A stretch of 64,000 nucleotides of DNA from an uncultured cyanobacterium (GCA_963793425.1 CAWCAG010000009.1:160001-224000); one strand, 5' to 3'; counted from the first letter of the stretch, positions 9,949 through 20,912 are shown. Notes: generated from the sequence alone by a model not told the origin. A program made the numbers and translations.

Positions 9949-10066
9949 TTTATAGCAATTCTTAGCCACGTGAGGTACATAGCTTTTACTCATACTCTCT
10001 ACTTCCTGCTCCCTGCTCCCTCAAACCAAGAATTTAGTAGCTCATAAGTAAGATAATTGCTATAAA
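9949..10066. mobile_element. MITE with 12-bp terminal inverted repeats
   Basis: TTTATAGCAATT...AATTGCTATAAA; the same end sequence recurs at about 34431-34466 and 44786-44821. Confidence 0.75.
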
Positions 10067-10122
10067 GTGAAATACTATTCAGTTTTCCCCGCAGCAATTC
10101 CATTTCCGGAAAAACTGCTCAG

Positions 10123-10225
10123 CAATTATTAAGGTGTAGGGATGTGGGGGTGTAAGGGTATAGGGGGGTAGGGGTTGGATTTTGCTACAAAATGAGAGAA
10201 CAGTTCTTTCCAATCTTAATAACTG
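10123..10225. mobile_element. MITE-like element
   Basis: Imperfect terminal repeats CAATTATTAAGGT / ATCTTAATAACTG around a G-rich core. Confidence 0.55.
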
Positions 10226-10449
10226 AAATCTTTCCAGACAAAAAAGAAGTGGCTCATGAGCACCGTTACTTTTGTAGAATCTTGATAACGGGGAAACAAT
10301 AAATTTATAATCTCACGCGCTCCTATATCTTGTACACGCTAACCATATTTTTTCTCTAAATCAATATCTTCAGTATCTTCGTATTCCCAATATTCAGCAT
10401 CATGTTTCATTTCTTCTATTAGTTGCAAAATCTTATCTGTTTTATTCAT
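10216..10449 (-). pseudogene. Small acidic protein remnant (immunity-like)
   Basis: MNKTDKILQLIEEMKHDAEYWEYEDTEDIDLEKKYG*RVQDIGAREIINLLFPRY..., with an in-frame TAG; ends in the MITE. Confidence 0.4.
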
Positions 10450-10589
10450 GAAATTACTCAACTGTTAAATATAATCTTTTTTATTTAAAATTCGTCAGCT
10501 ATAAGTTCTACATCGCTACTAATAAAGCCTTTATTTACTAATAAATTATATGCTAGTCTCTGATTTTCTATTGTAGGTGTATAGTCGAA

Positions 10590-10809
10590 GTAGGGTGGGC
10601 AAAAAGATAGTTAGGTTGTCTGTTAAGCTCGTTTTGTCATGTTTGCCCACCATTACCGAGTTAATTATTTGTGGGCAAGAGCGAATAAATTTTTGATGCT
10701 CATTTAACTTGCTTATCTTGCCCACCCTACTAAGTGCGATCACTTATTGGTGGGCAAACTTAATAACAACAATAGTTTCATTTTGTTGCATAAAGTCTGC
10801 CCGCCCTAC
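10590..10809. repeat. Cluster of three REP/REPIN-like doublets (GTAGGGTGGGCAA family)
   Basis: Inverted pairs at 10590/10642, 10671/10716 and 10749/10795 with AT-rich spacers. Confidence 0.75.
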
Positions 10810-10959
10810 AAGATAAGCGATCGCATTAAAAAGCAAGCTCAACTTACTACTAGTTACTTGAAAATGTGAACTGTTTAGGCGGAATAATGTACTTGTTTTA
10901 ACCTAAAGAAAAACAACTGTGTTTGTATTTTGGGTTCAATTCTCGGGCAAAACAGCCTA

Positions 10960-11200
10960 TCCTCCAGAAAACCGTTATGCAAGTTACAAGAGTAGACAAT
11001 TTCTTCACCTTCTGAAAATCATCTTTCCAGAAGGAAGAATTAGAGGCGATTCAGAATTATTGAGGGGATGATATTCATAAACTTTAAAATTTTTGACATC
11101 TATGGTGATTGTTTGCTCTCTAATCTTCGAGTTAGGGAAAAAAGCTGTATCCCAGAATTCTAACTCACCAAAGTAGCCATGAATGGTTTTGATTTTTTCT
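10960..11200 (-). pseudogene. Putative immunity gene remnant
   Basis: Frame KIKTIHGYFGELEFWDTAFFPNSKIREQTITIDVKNFKVYEYHPLNNSESPLILPSGKMIF directly after the toxin-like gene; frameshifted. Boundaries approximate. Confidence 0.4.
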
Positions 11201-13033
11201 TAACCTTTTCATAAATTATGGTTGTAATTTCGCCACCTACTTCTCTCCATCAGAAGGCGGAAGTCTAAGTCATCAAATCTAGGATCTAATGATTAGTCGT
11301 CACCAACAAACGCAATCCCAGGGCATCTAAAGTTTCCTCGTTAGGCTTCTTCGACTTCCTGTACCAGTCCCCCACCAATATCTATCTGAGCAATTAGCAT
11401 TTATGCTGATGCGTCCACCAGGCTTCAACAACCTATCAGCTTCTTCAATAAATGCACCCTGCTGTCCACTGCATCAATCTTCATCAACGCTATTGCCTCT
11501 GGGAAAATTTTGAGAAGTCAGCCAGTAGTTGCTCTTATTCCTTTCTTCAGCAATTATATCGTAGTTAATGCTCCTGGTGTTGAGATACTCTCCCTCCAAA
11601 TAAATCTAAAGTTATACTTTCCCCTGAAGCAATCTTGCGGGCAACAAAAGCTTTAGCTTCATCGACATTAAGAAATCGAGAGCTAGGAAGATTAGGATTA
11701 GGCTCAGAGCCTTGTCTTCCCCCCTCAATTCGCATCGGTCCTTGAATATCGTCTACCTCTGCTGGTACACGACCTCCGTTAGCTGGCACTAATTCACCAT
11801 CCGGCCCTAAGCGCCTCCCCAAAGCCTCCAACACTTGATCTATCTGTTGCCTAATTTTGTTGAACGCCTCCTCCAACATGGAACTATTGTTCCTAACCTG
11901 CTCCAGTGCTTCCTGCAACTGCCGTTTCTGTGCCGCTATGGGACCAATGCCTGGAATACGCTCCACTAGATCGGAAATACGCCTCAATAAGTCATTCCAC
12001 TCGTTTGTGCCAATCTCTACCCACTTCCCCCAATTATCCTGCACAAAGCGGCGAAATTCAGCAATACCTCCTTCTGGCAACACTCGACGAATCAGCCCCA
12101 GCAAATCATCAACTATTGCTAAGGCTTCATCTGTTCCCTTGAGCAGGACTTTGCTGATTCCTTTGACTGCACTACCAATAGTAGGAATCAAACCAATAAG
12201 AGAAAAAGCTAACCCCACCCATCGTAAAGGCTTATTAACCTCTCCTTTAAACAGCATGAAGTAAAGATGAGCAATCAGAACCGACCATCTGCCACCTGAT
12301 CAAATCCTGGTATTACTTCTATGGCAGTATCGATACCAATTTCTGCAAACTTGGGTCACTCTTAAATTCTCCAAGCAAGCCACACCAATGGCTTAAGCAT
12401 CCCCCATAATCTTTGCTGCCAACTTTGTTCGTCCTCTTGCTCAGCTTGAGATAGAGTTGCGTCAATCTTCATCAGATAATAATAAATTACAGATATTTGA
12501 GATAAAAGATAGGCAGACGCAGGATCACTTTCAGACATATCTAAAGCTGCCTTATAGTAATTCATTGCTTCAGCAAGGCTGTTGTTTTCAAAAGCCACAT
12601 CACCCATACTGGTACATGATTCAAAACTGTTGCACTGAAGCGATTGTTCTCTCTGCCCTTGAGATTGAAGCTGTTTTTCTCCCTGGTTATCTTGAGTTGT
12701 TTTTGGTTGAACTTGTTGTTTTATTTCTTCTTCTGCTGATTTATTTTGTATCCCTTGAGATGGTGTTTGAGTATCATCAACGTTACTATCTAAAGCTTGA
12801 AGTCTCTGACACTTCTCCCACTGTTGTGCCAAAAATGCTTGCTGGTTTTGTTGACATGCTGCTACTGCGTTGTAAGGACTTTGTAGCCAATTCGGAGTTG
12901 AAAAGGAAGTAGTGTTTCCTTCTATTTCTTCTGGGTGTGGAGGTACATCGTGCTTTGGTGTTGAGTCTAATTTATGTGGCAGCTTAGAAGGTTTGAAGGT
13001 AGATTTCTTTTGGGGAGGTTCATAGCTAGCCAG
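11200..13033 (-). pseudogene. Polymorphic-toxin-like gene with C-terminal class I SAM-methyltransferase-like domain; many frameshifts
   Basis: Joins ORFs 12362..12832 (frame open to 13033) and 11565..12257. Pre-toxin-like GEFKSDPS.AEIGIDTAIEVIPGFDQVAD..LIGLIPTIGSAVKG; C-terminal LDLFGG...YDII...EEADRLLKPGGRI. Confidence 0.65.
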
Positions 13034-13321
13034 AATTAATCTTGGGGAAATTTTGGGTAGGTCAAGCCACTTGGACTCTCTCTACTTTGGGCTTAAGCAA
13101 TTTCCCCATACTTTACCCCTAAAGTCTGAGAAATATGTTGTCTATATGTACTTAATGTTTTTCTTTAGATTATTTCTAACTCAAAAGAAACACTTTCAAT
13201 ATCCCATCGAATCCAAGCATAAGGATTTTCTAATACTCCTTTTAATACATACATTTTTACAAAGCTATTACGTTCTAAAAACGGTCTAACAACAATCAAG
13301 TGCGCGTATCCCGTTCCCCTA

Positions 13322-15160
13322 CTAAGGAGTTTCTATATTTTCCACATCTGGAGAACTATCAGAATTATCTTGCTTCTCCAAAGAATCAAGGAACCATTTA
13401 GTTGCGAAACCAGCTATCCCTACTATGGTTAATATAGCTATAACCCCTAACAAGATAGCTAAACCCTTTGGTAAAGATCCTTTGGTAGTTTCTATTTCTA
13501 ATTCTTCTACCTCTTCTATTTCTTCTATTGGCGGTAAGGGAGAAGACACTACCCCTTGTTCTTCTGCTTCTGAATTAAGCAATGCCTCGCTAATCACACT
13601 TACCCCTGGTAACTCTGATAAATTAACCAATACAGGATACTGAGCAGAAACGCCGTAGTAAGCCAAAGAAATGGTGGTATTATCGTGACCATTTTTTTCG
13701 TTGGCTAGATTAATCAAATTCTGGGCAACTTCATCTAAAGAAACTTTACCGGCGATCGCATCAGGAGCAAAATCTTGCCAATATTGCTCAATTAAATCAT
13801 TATCGCTCAAGCCATCGGAGCAAAGTAGTAATAGTCCATCTTCTTCTATAAGCAATCTTTTTACCCTCGGACGCAACAAATCAGCATCCTTAGTACCCAA
13901 AGCTTGGATCAAAGCCCCTGCATCTGGACGTTGCCAAGCTTCTCGATACAAACTCCGCCCCAAGCTCACTTCTCGACTAGCGACATCATCATCCACCGTC
14001 AACTTTTGGCAATATTTTGAGGTAATCCAATAAGCACGACTATCCCCAACCCAAGCGAGGTAAAGTTCATGGCTATTCCCTACTCCTGACTCTGGTTGGC
14101 GCAATTGTTGCGGGAGTTGTAACCCCATAACTAAAGTAGTTGCCATGCGCCTACGGGATTCTCTACCTTGTTCATCATTCCGTGCTGCGATGACATTATT
14201 AATCACTCGAATCACTGCGGTTAATTGCTGTGCTACCAAATCCGGACTCATAATTTCGGTATCTTCAGCAATCTCTCTTAATAAAGCACGGATTTGCAAC
14301 TTCAAAGTTTGTACTGCTAGCTGACTAGCAACTTCTCCCCCTTCATGACCCCCAATACCGTCGCAAATAGCTGTGAGATGTTGGCTTAAAGGATCACCAC
14401 TTTCATAAATATCTTCTTTTGTGGGATAATAACTGTCTTCGTTATGATTTTGACGTGGCCCAGCATCAGTAATGCCGGTAATTCTTACCCTCAGAGGTTT
14501 TTGGGAAGCTGTTTCTAATAAGAGACGATTAAAGCGAGATTGCAGACTAACTAAAGAAACACCATCACTTTCTAACTCTGAAACAAACCCTTCTAATTGC
14601 AAGGCAACATCACTGCTAGCATAACTAACCAAGGATGACCAAAGATTCCCTAATTGTTGTAAATTAGCAGGAGTTGTCGTTTCAGGATGTAATTCTAACA
14701 ACCACAGTCGCCAACCTTGCACCCGCAAATTATCCTTGTGCAGCAAGCTAGAAGCGACTCCTGCTGCTTGTAAAGGTGACCACAAATCTAGCATTTGCCA
14801 TAGCCAATAAAGCTGTCTCACAGCAGATGCTTCTCCCCAAGCATCTGCCAAACTAGGATAAAGATGTCCCTGTTCATCTATCGGTACATTTTCTAATAAC
14901 ACCACCTCAGATTTACCTAAAGGGCAAACTCCATAGATTTCAGGAACATGGAGGCGTTGAGGAAGCAATTTCAGGTATATTTGTACCCAGTCTGATAAAG
15001 AATCCTCTAGAGAAACTGGCTGTTCTGGTTGAGTATCCTGCCAAATTTGAGGCCCAATGACTTTGTACCTATCTTCAATAAAATCGACTTGCGATAATTG
15101 AGTTGCACTTTCTCCTGATGCCCAAAGATAAGGGTTAATTTTTTGTTGCAAGCTAACCAT
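13322..15160 (-). CDS. PP2C-family Ser/Thr phosphatase with pseudokinase-like N-terminus and C-terminal TM helix
   Basis: HNED, ICDGIGGH, VGDSR, LCSDGLSD, GHDNTT motifs. Confidence 0.93.
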   Translation of the reverse strand: MVSLQQKINPYLWASGESATQLSQVDFIEDRYKVIGPQIWQDTQPEQPVSLEDSLSDWVQIYLKLLPQRLHVPEIYGVCPLGKSEVVLLENVPIDEQGHLYPSLADAWGEASAVRQLYWLWQMLDLWSPLQAAGVASSLLHKDNLRVQGWRLWLLELHPETTTPANLQQLGNLWSSLVSYASSDVALQLEGFVSELESDGVSLVSLQSRFNRLLLETASQKPLRVRITGITDAGPRQNHNEDSYYPTKEDIYESGDPLSQHLTAICDGIGGHEGGEVASQLAVQTLKLQIRALLREIAEDTEIMSPDLVAQQLTAVIRVINNVIAARNDEQGRESRRRMATTLVMGLQLPQQLRQPESGVGNSHELYLAWVGDSRAYWITSKYCQKLTVDDDVASREVSLGRSLYREAWQRPDAGALIQALGTKDADLLRPRVKRLLIEEDGLLLLCSDGLSDNDLIEQYWQDFAPDAIAGKVSLDEVAQNLINLANEKNGHDNTTISLAYYGVSAQYPVLVNLSELPGVSVISEALLNSEAEEQGVVSSPLPPIEEIEEVEELEIETTKGSLPKGLAILLGVIAILTIVGIAGFATKWFLDSLEKQDNSDSSPDVENIETP

Positions 15161-15317
15161 AAACTTAAAGTTTTCTTAAAAACAGTCCGACGGGAGACTA
15201 AATAAATAAAGATAACAAACACTATAATTGAGATGGAATGCTTTAGAGAAACATTCTCATGTTTGAGCATTGAGGACATTAGTTTCCTGCCTCAATGTGC
15301 TTCACTAACACTCATTT

Positions 15318-15749
15318 ATGCCTAATCCTACCTTAATCTGGCTAATTGCCGGGTCACTCCTTTGTTTAACAGAGTTAGTTTTGCCCAGTGCTTTCGTATC
15401 TTTTATGATGGGGCTAAGCGCCCTGATGGTGGCGGGGATAGCTTTGATTTTGCCGCAATTCACTTTACAGGTGGCTATTTGGTTGATTTTATCTACTGCC
15501 TTAATTTTTCTTTCTCGCCGCTTGTTTAGTCCGAATCGCCCCTTAAGGGATTTAGGTGAAGATAGTGAAGGAAGAACTTTAACTGCAATTGAACCAGGAG
15601 AAGCAGGAAGGGTACTCTATGAAGGAAACTCTTGGCGGGCTAAATGTGCAGAGGATTGGCAAGCTATAGCAGCTAGTGAAAAAGTTTATATTCTCAGAAA
15701 AGAAGGTAACACTTTAATCGTTTTACCACAAAAAATTCTTTCTTCTTAA
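15318..15749 (+). CDS. NfeD-family membrane protein
   Basis: N-terminal TM helices plus OB-fold GRVLYEGNSWRA; upstream of SPFH. Confidence 0.92.
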   Translation: MPNPTLIWLIAGSLLCLTELVLPSAFVSFMMGLSALMVAGIALILPQFTLQVAIWLILSTALIFLSRRLFSPNRPLRDLGEDSEGRTLTAIEPGEAGRVLYEGNSWRAKCAEDWQAIAASEKVYILRKEGNTLIVLPQKILSS

Positions 15750-15828
15750 TGGAGAAGAACTTCACCCAAACTCAGCTTTTCAGTTTGTAGTCTTTATTAA
15801 TTAAAATTACAATTTCAGGAGATATCTA

Positions 15829-16842
15829 ATGGGAAATTATTTACTTCTAGCGTTTCTATCAATAATTGGTTGTGGAGTTGCAGGCTCAGTTAAGATTGTT
15901 CAAGAAAAAGAACAGTATTTAGTAGAAAACCTGGGTAGCTATAAACGTAGACTCGATCCTGGTTTGAATTTCGTTACCCCTTTCCTCGACAAAGTTGTTT
16001 ACAAAGGTAACATCAAAGAAAAAGTTCTGGATATCCCTCCTCAATCTTGCATCACCCGCGACAACGTTTCTATTAGTGTTGATGCGGTGGTTTATTGGCG
16101 GATTATGGATATGTACAAAGCCCACTATAAGGTAGAAAATCTTCGGGATGCCATGGTCAATATGGTACTCACCCAAATTCGTTCCGAAATGGGGCAGCTT
16201 GAACTAGATCAAACCTTTACCGCCAGGACTGAAATTAATGAAATTCTCCTCCGGGAGCTAGATATCGCCACCGATCCTTGGGGAGTTAAAGTAACTAGAG
16301 TAGAATTGCGAGATATTGTTCCTTCCCGTGCGGTACAAGATTCCATGGAATTGCAAATGTCCGCTGAAAGGAAAAAACGAGCAGCAATCCTTACCTCTGA
16401 AGGAGAAAAAGACTCAGCAGTCAACTCTGCTAAAGGTAAAGCAGAAGCCAGGGTATTAGATGCAGAAGCCCGCAAAAAATCTGCTATTTTGGATGCAGAA
16501 GCCGAACAAACCGCTATTGTTCTCAAAGCTGAAGCAGAACGTAAAGAAAAAGTGCTTCAAGCACAAGCCACAGCAGAAGCCTTAGAAATCGTTTCCCTGA
16601 AGCTACAATCAGATCCTCAAAGCCATGAAGCCTTGAAGTTTCTCTTAACCCAAAATTATTTGGATATGGGGAAAGCTATTGGTAATAGTGAAAGTAGTAA
16701 GGTGATGTTTCTCGACCCAGGTAGTATTATTTCCACCTTAGAGGGGATGCGTTCTATTGTAGGTAATAACAATAACTTAAACCAGGATTTTGCCAACCTT
16801 AATCTAACCCCAGAAAAAATTGACCGCCATTCTGCTGAATGA
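15829..16842 (+). CDS. SPFH/band 7 stomatin-like protein
   Basis: [36 protein letters not shown] motifs. Confidence 0.95.
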   Translation: MGNYLLLAFLSIIGCGVAGSVKIVQEKEQYLVENLGSYKRRLDPGLNFVTPFLDKVVYKGNIKEKVLDIPPQSCITRDNVSISVDAVVYWRIMDMYKAHYKVENLRDAMVNMVLTQIRSEMGQLELDQTFTARTEINEILLRELDIATDPWGVKVTRVELRDIVPSRAVQDSMELQMSAERKKRAAILTSEGEKDSAVNSAKGKAEARVLDAEARKKSAILDAEAEQTAIVLKAEAERKEKVLQAQATAEALEIVSLKLQSDPQSHEALKFLLTQNYLDMGKAIGNSESSKVMFLDPGSIISTLEGMRSIVGNNNNLNQDFANLNLTPEKIDRHSAE

Positions 16843-16896
16843 GCTTAGTTAATTTGTTTTTAAACAAAGAAAATTAAATCATCCTAATATTTTTGC

Positions 16897-16922
16897 TAGA
16901 GGCGTTAATTCAACGTCTCTAC
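16897..16922. repeat. Short REP-like palindrome (possible terminator or stabiliser)
   Basis: TAGAGGCGTTAATTCAACGTCTCTAC dyad downstream of the SPFH gene. Confidence 0.5.
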
Positions 16923-16944
16923 CGTTTTAATAACTAAAGCCTCT

Positions 16945-18057
16945 ATGCAAATAGCATCTTCTTTGTCCAGACCAAAAAACCACTTCTCCTATCAACTAGC
17001 TAAACTAGATGCGCTTAGAGGCTTTGCTAGTATTTATATTGTTTTACATCACTTGGTTGCTAACTTTGTTAACTCCACAAAGGGAACTTCTTCGTTACTA
17101 AAAACACTAAAACTTGTTTTTAGTTTTGGACAAGAATTTGTAATAATATTTTTTCTAATTAGTGGTTGTGTTATTTATTTATCGACCATAAGAAATAGCC
17201 AAATTAATTTTAGTACTTACTTTTTTAAACGTTTTAGACGTATATATCCTCCGGTTGTGGTCGCAATTCTACTATCTATACTAATTGTTATCTTGAATGG
17301 TAAAATTGCGCGGGGCATCGATTTAAGGCAGCTTATGGGTAACTTATTGATGCTGCAAGATACTGGTTTCACCAAACCAGGAGTTTGGTGTGAACCTTTT
17401 GTAAACAACTATCCTCTTTGGTCTTTATCTTACCAATGGTGGTTTTATATGTTGTTTTTCCCCCTTTATAAAATTTTACCTCAGCGTAATTATCGCATTT
17501 ATTTTATTCTCTTTATTTCTGGGAGTGCTTGGCTAAGTTACCTAGCCCGACCTAACTATCTTTTTTTAGTCTTTACTTATTTCATTATTTGGTGGTCTGG
17601 TTTAGAAACTGCTGCTGTTTTTATGCGGAATGGCTCCTTAAGCTTGAGTAAAATGAAACATATATTCATTTGCTTAGGCATTATGTGTCTTTTCACTTTT
17701 CTACCTTTGCTGCAAGCCGAGAAAATAAGTTTTGGTATCTATCCTTTCTTAATGTTTAGACACTTCTTTGCTAGCTTATTACTATTAGCTATTGCCCTTT
17801 TTTGGTATCAAAGGGGCATGATATTTTTTCAAGAAACTCTAGGTCATTTTGCTATTTTGGCTCCCATATCCTATGGTATTTATCTCTTTCATTATCCCAT
17901 TTTAATCTCTTGGAATACTAGCCCATGGTCACCTAACATCCTCTTATCTCTAGGTATTAAATTATTCTGCGTTGTGGGTTTAGCCTATTTAGTGGAGCAA
18001 AAAATTCAACCAAGTATTCGCGAGTTTTTCCAACCCAAAAAATTACCCGTGGGTTAG
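16945..18057 (+). CDS. Acyltransferase_3 (OafA-like) membrane O-acyltransferase
   Basis: LDALRG, FFLISG, RFRRIYPP, WSLSY, SYGIYLFH motifs. Confidence 0.92.
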   Translation: MQIASSLSRPKNHFSYQLAKLDALRGFASIYIVLHHLVANFVNSTKGTSSLLKTLKLVFSFGQEFVIIFFLISGCVIYLSTIRNSQINFSTYFFKRFRRIYPPVVVAILLSILIVILNGKIARGIDLRQLMGNLLMLQDTGFTKPGVWCEPFVNNYPLWSLSYQWWFYMLFFPLYKILPQRNYRIYFILFISGSAWLSYLARPNYLFLVFTYFIIWWSGLETAAVFMRNGSLSLSKMKHIFICLGIMCLFTFLPLLQAEKISFGIYPFLMFRHFFASLLLLAIALFWYQRGMIFFQETLGHFAILAPISYGIYLFHYPILISWNTSPWSPNILLSLGIKLFCVVGLAYLVEQKIQPSIREFFQPKKLPVG

Positions 18058-18204
18058 AAAGAAATAATGAATACTTTTCCAAGGAGCTGTTGCAGTAAGT
18101 TAAACTTATAAATACCTTAACTAGGGGCTAACCAAAAATACTTCAGCGAATTTTAGAAAACTAATCAGAAAAAGAACGGCCAATCGACCAATAATCAATC
18201 CCTA

Positions 18205-20427
18205 ATGACTAATGAAAAGAAACTCCCTAAGCCCATAGGTCAACTTCTAACTTTAGGACTGCCGGTACTAGGTATTTGTGTTACTTTTAGTGCCATCGTC
18301 ATTGGAGTGCGATCGCTAGGTTGGCTAGAAGCAGGGGAACTAAATATTTTTGATCGTATGATGCAGTTACGGCCTACCCTGAAGCGGGACAGTCGGTTAA
18401 TAGTGGTCAAAGTTACTGAAGATGACATTCAAGAACAGAGTTGGCCTATATCCGATGCCGTTTTAAACCAGTTAGTTAGTAAATTAGCAAAACACGAACC
18501 TGCAGCCATCGGTTTAGATATTTATCGAGATATGCCCAATGAACCAGGGCATCAAGAATTTATTAACACCTTAAAAGAGAATCCCAAGGTTGTTCCGGTT
18601 TGTAAAGTAAGTGACCAAAAAAGCAAAGGAGTTGCCCCACCTCCAGGAATGGAGAAAGATCGTCCTGGTTTTGCAGATATTGTTGTTGATGGCGGTGGAA
18701 TTGTTCGTCGAGGACTTTTGTTTGTCGAAACAGGAGTTTCTCTTTGTCCCACTCCCTATGGCTTTTCCTTTCAGCTAGCCAGACTTTATTTAGAGAAACA
18801 AGGTATTGAACCGGAGTTAACGGAAAACAATGAACTAAAGTTTGGTCAGACTCTTTTTAAGCGCTTGTCTCCCAATGCGGGGGCTTACCGCAGCCTAGAT
18901 GAGCGAGGTTATCAAATCTTACTCAACTACCGTACCTCTGAGCAAATCGCTGACAGTTTAACTTTAGGAGAGGCTCTTAAAGAATCCTTAGATCCTACCT
19001 GGATTAAAGACAAGATTGTGATGGTCGGTATCACTGACTCCAGTATTGATGATACTTTTTACACCCCCTACAGCGCCAGCCAAACTGTTAATCAGACGAT
19101 GCCTGGAGTCGTTGTCCATGCCCAGTTAACCAGTCAAATTATTGATGCTGCATTAGGAGAAAGACCTTTATTTTGGTTTTTGAGTGAATGGCAAGAAATA
19201 CTCTGGATTGTAGGTTGGTCTTTGGCAGGAGGCGCAACTATCACTCTGATTCGTCATCCTTTATATGTAATTATCGCTTCTTCTAGTATTCTTATTGTCT
19301 TATTCGGTAGTAGTTGGGTTATTTTTCTCCAAGCAGGATGGGTTCCTATTGTCGCTCCTAGCTTGAGTTTTTTACTTAGTTGTGCTGCCACAGCGGTTTA
19401 TTTGGCTTACCGGGTTCATGAAGAGCGCCAGAATGTGGCAGCTTTGGTTGAAACTCAAAATGAAGATATTGCCCTACTCAAGTCTCTCCTCCAAGAAAAG
19501 ACCTATACTGAACCCCTCACTGTAGCGAGATCAACAAACCTAACCACAGAAAATCCCCTTGAGGAAGGAGACGATGAAACAGAATTCAGTACAGAAGCTC
19601 TATCTTGGGATAGTAGTTTTCGCTACCGTTCAGTAGGACATTATCAAATTACCAAAGTTATTGCTTCCGGAGGCTTTGGTTCCACTTATTTAGCCCAAGA
19701 TACTCGTCAAGAAAATGCCCCTCAATGTGTGATTAAGCACTTACAACCAGCAGTTCGTGACAAAAGATTTCTCACCGTAGCCCGGCGCTTGTTTCAAACA
19801 GAAGCAGAAATTCTCGGCAAGCTAGGAAAACACCCTCAAATTCCTGAACTCTTCGATAGTTTTGAAGAAGATGAAGAATTTTATTTGGTTGAACAATACA
19901 TTCCTGGTGAAACTCTTCACCAGGAATTAATACCAGATCAACGCATGGATGAAGCGAGAGTTGTTCAGATATTAAAAGACATTTTAACTGTTTTAGATTA
20001 TTTACAAAAGCATGGTGTGATTCATCGGGATATCAAACCTAGCAATATTATTAGCTCTCAAACAACTAATCAGTTAGTATTAATCGATTTTGGTGCAGTT
20101 AAAGAAATTAAGATTCAAGACCAAATTCATGAACATAATTTAACTGTGGCAATTGGTACTAAAGGTTATGCTCCCCCAGAACAATATGCTGGTCAACCTA
20201 ACTTTAGTAGTGATATTTATGCTTTAGGAATTATCGGCATTCAGGCGATGACAGGTATTGCCCCTAACCAGTTAGAAGTTGATGATTTTTCCGGTAATTT
20301 AAAATGGCAGCATCTTGTAAGGGTGTCAGAAGGTTTAATTAATATTGTTGATAAGATGTCACGCTATCATTTTCCGGAAAGATATAAGTCAGCGAAGGCA
20401 GTATTGGCAGATTTAGCAAAGTTGTAA
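18205..20427 (+). CDS. CHASE2-domain Ser/Thr kinase
   Basis: CHASE2 (IGLDIYRD, MPGVVVHAQ), three TM helices, kinase HRDIKPSN/DFG. Confidence 0.95.
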   Translation: MTNEKKLPKPIGQLLTLGLPVLGICVTFSAIVIGVRSLGWLEAGELNIFDRMMQLRPTLKRDSRLIVVKVTEDDIQEQSWPISDAVLNQLVSKLAKHEPAAIGLDIYRDMPNEPGHQEFINTLKENPKVVPVCKVSDQKSKGVAPPPGMEKDRPGFADIVVDGGGIVRRGLLFVETGVSLCPTPYGFSFQLARLYLEKQGIEPELTENNELKFGQTLFKRLSPNAGAYRSLDERGYQILLNYRTSEQIADSLTLGEALKESLDPTWIKDKIVMVGITDSSIDDTFYTPYSASQTVNQTMPGVVVHAQLTSQIIDAALGERPLFWFLSEWQEILWIVGWSLAGGATITLIRHPLYVIIASSSILIVLFGSSWVIFLQAGWVPIVAPSLSFLLSCAATAVYLAYRVHEERQNVAALVETQNEDIALLKSLLQEKTYTEPLTVARSTNLTTENPLEEGDDETEFSTEALSWDSSFRYRSVGHYQITKVIASGGFGSTYLAQDTRQENAPQCVIKHLQPAVRDKRFLTVARRLFQTEAEILGKLGKHPQIPELFDSFEEDEEFYLVEQYIPGETLHQELIPDQRMDEARVVQILKDILTVLDYLQKHGVIHRDIKPSNIISSQTTNQLVLIDFGAVKEIKIQDQIHEHNLTVAIGTKGYAPPEQYAGQPNFSSDIYALGIIGIQAMTGIAPNQLEVDDFSGNLKWQHLVRVSEGLINIVDKMSRYHFPERYKSAKAVLADLAKL

Positions 20428-20569
20428 TACCAATTCTATTTAGTTGCACCGATTATTTTTTGTGGTGGGGAGTGGGGAGTGGGGAGTGGGGAGTAGGTAG
20501 CAGGCAGCAGGGTTTTGATAACTTTATTTCTAGATTTTATCAAGATACTTTATGAACCAGATTTGGTAT
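20427..20569. mobile_element. MITE-like element at the kinase stop codon
   Basis: Terminal repeats ATACCAATTCT / AGATTTGGTAT; internal GGGGAGT repeats. Confidence 0.65.
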
Positions 20570-20912
20570 AAGATGAGAGGGAAAAACCAAGAAAGTTGGT
20601 ATTTAAAAGGAGCAAATATTTACCTTTTTCAAATTACAAATCACGAAATACAACCAGAGATAGATCAGGTAAGTTCCTGAGAACTTCATCATAGGTTTGA
20701 TAAGTTTCTAAAGTCTTTACCACTAATTCTAAAGGTTCAGCAAAAACTTTCTTAGAGTCAGCTTCTTGCGGGAATTTAATTTTAAAAGCTAACTGTTCCT
20801 CTGGTGGATTAAACTGAGCATTAACTCCAGATAAATGGTATCAGCTTAATCCGAAATCCCTTTGTCATTCAATGTATTAATCAAATAAGTACAAACACTT
20901 CAATTAACCACC

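Noticed and set aside
10590..10809. Repeat-spacer pattern as CRISPR
   Set aside because: Repeats alternate in orientation as inverted doublets, which fits REPs rather than direct repeats.
11857..12912. Plus-strand ORFs 11857..12264, 11906..12142, 12457..12912
   Set aside because: Antisense to the toxin-like gene, with no recognisable motifs.
13053..13289. 78-aa + strand ORF
   Set aside because: AT-rich spacer upstream of the toxin-like gene; TTG start and no protein-like features.
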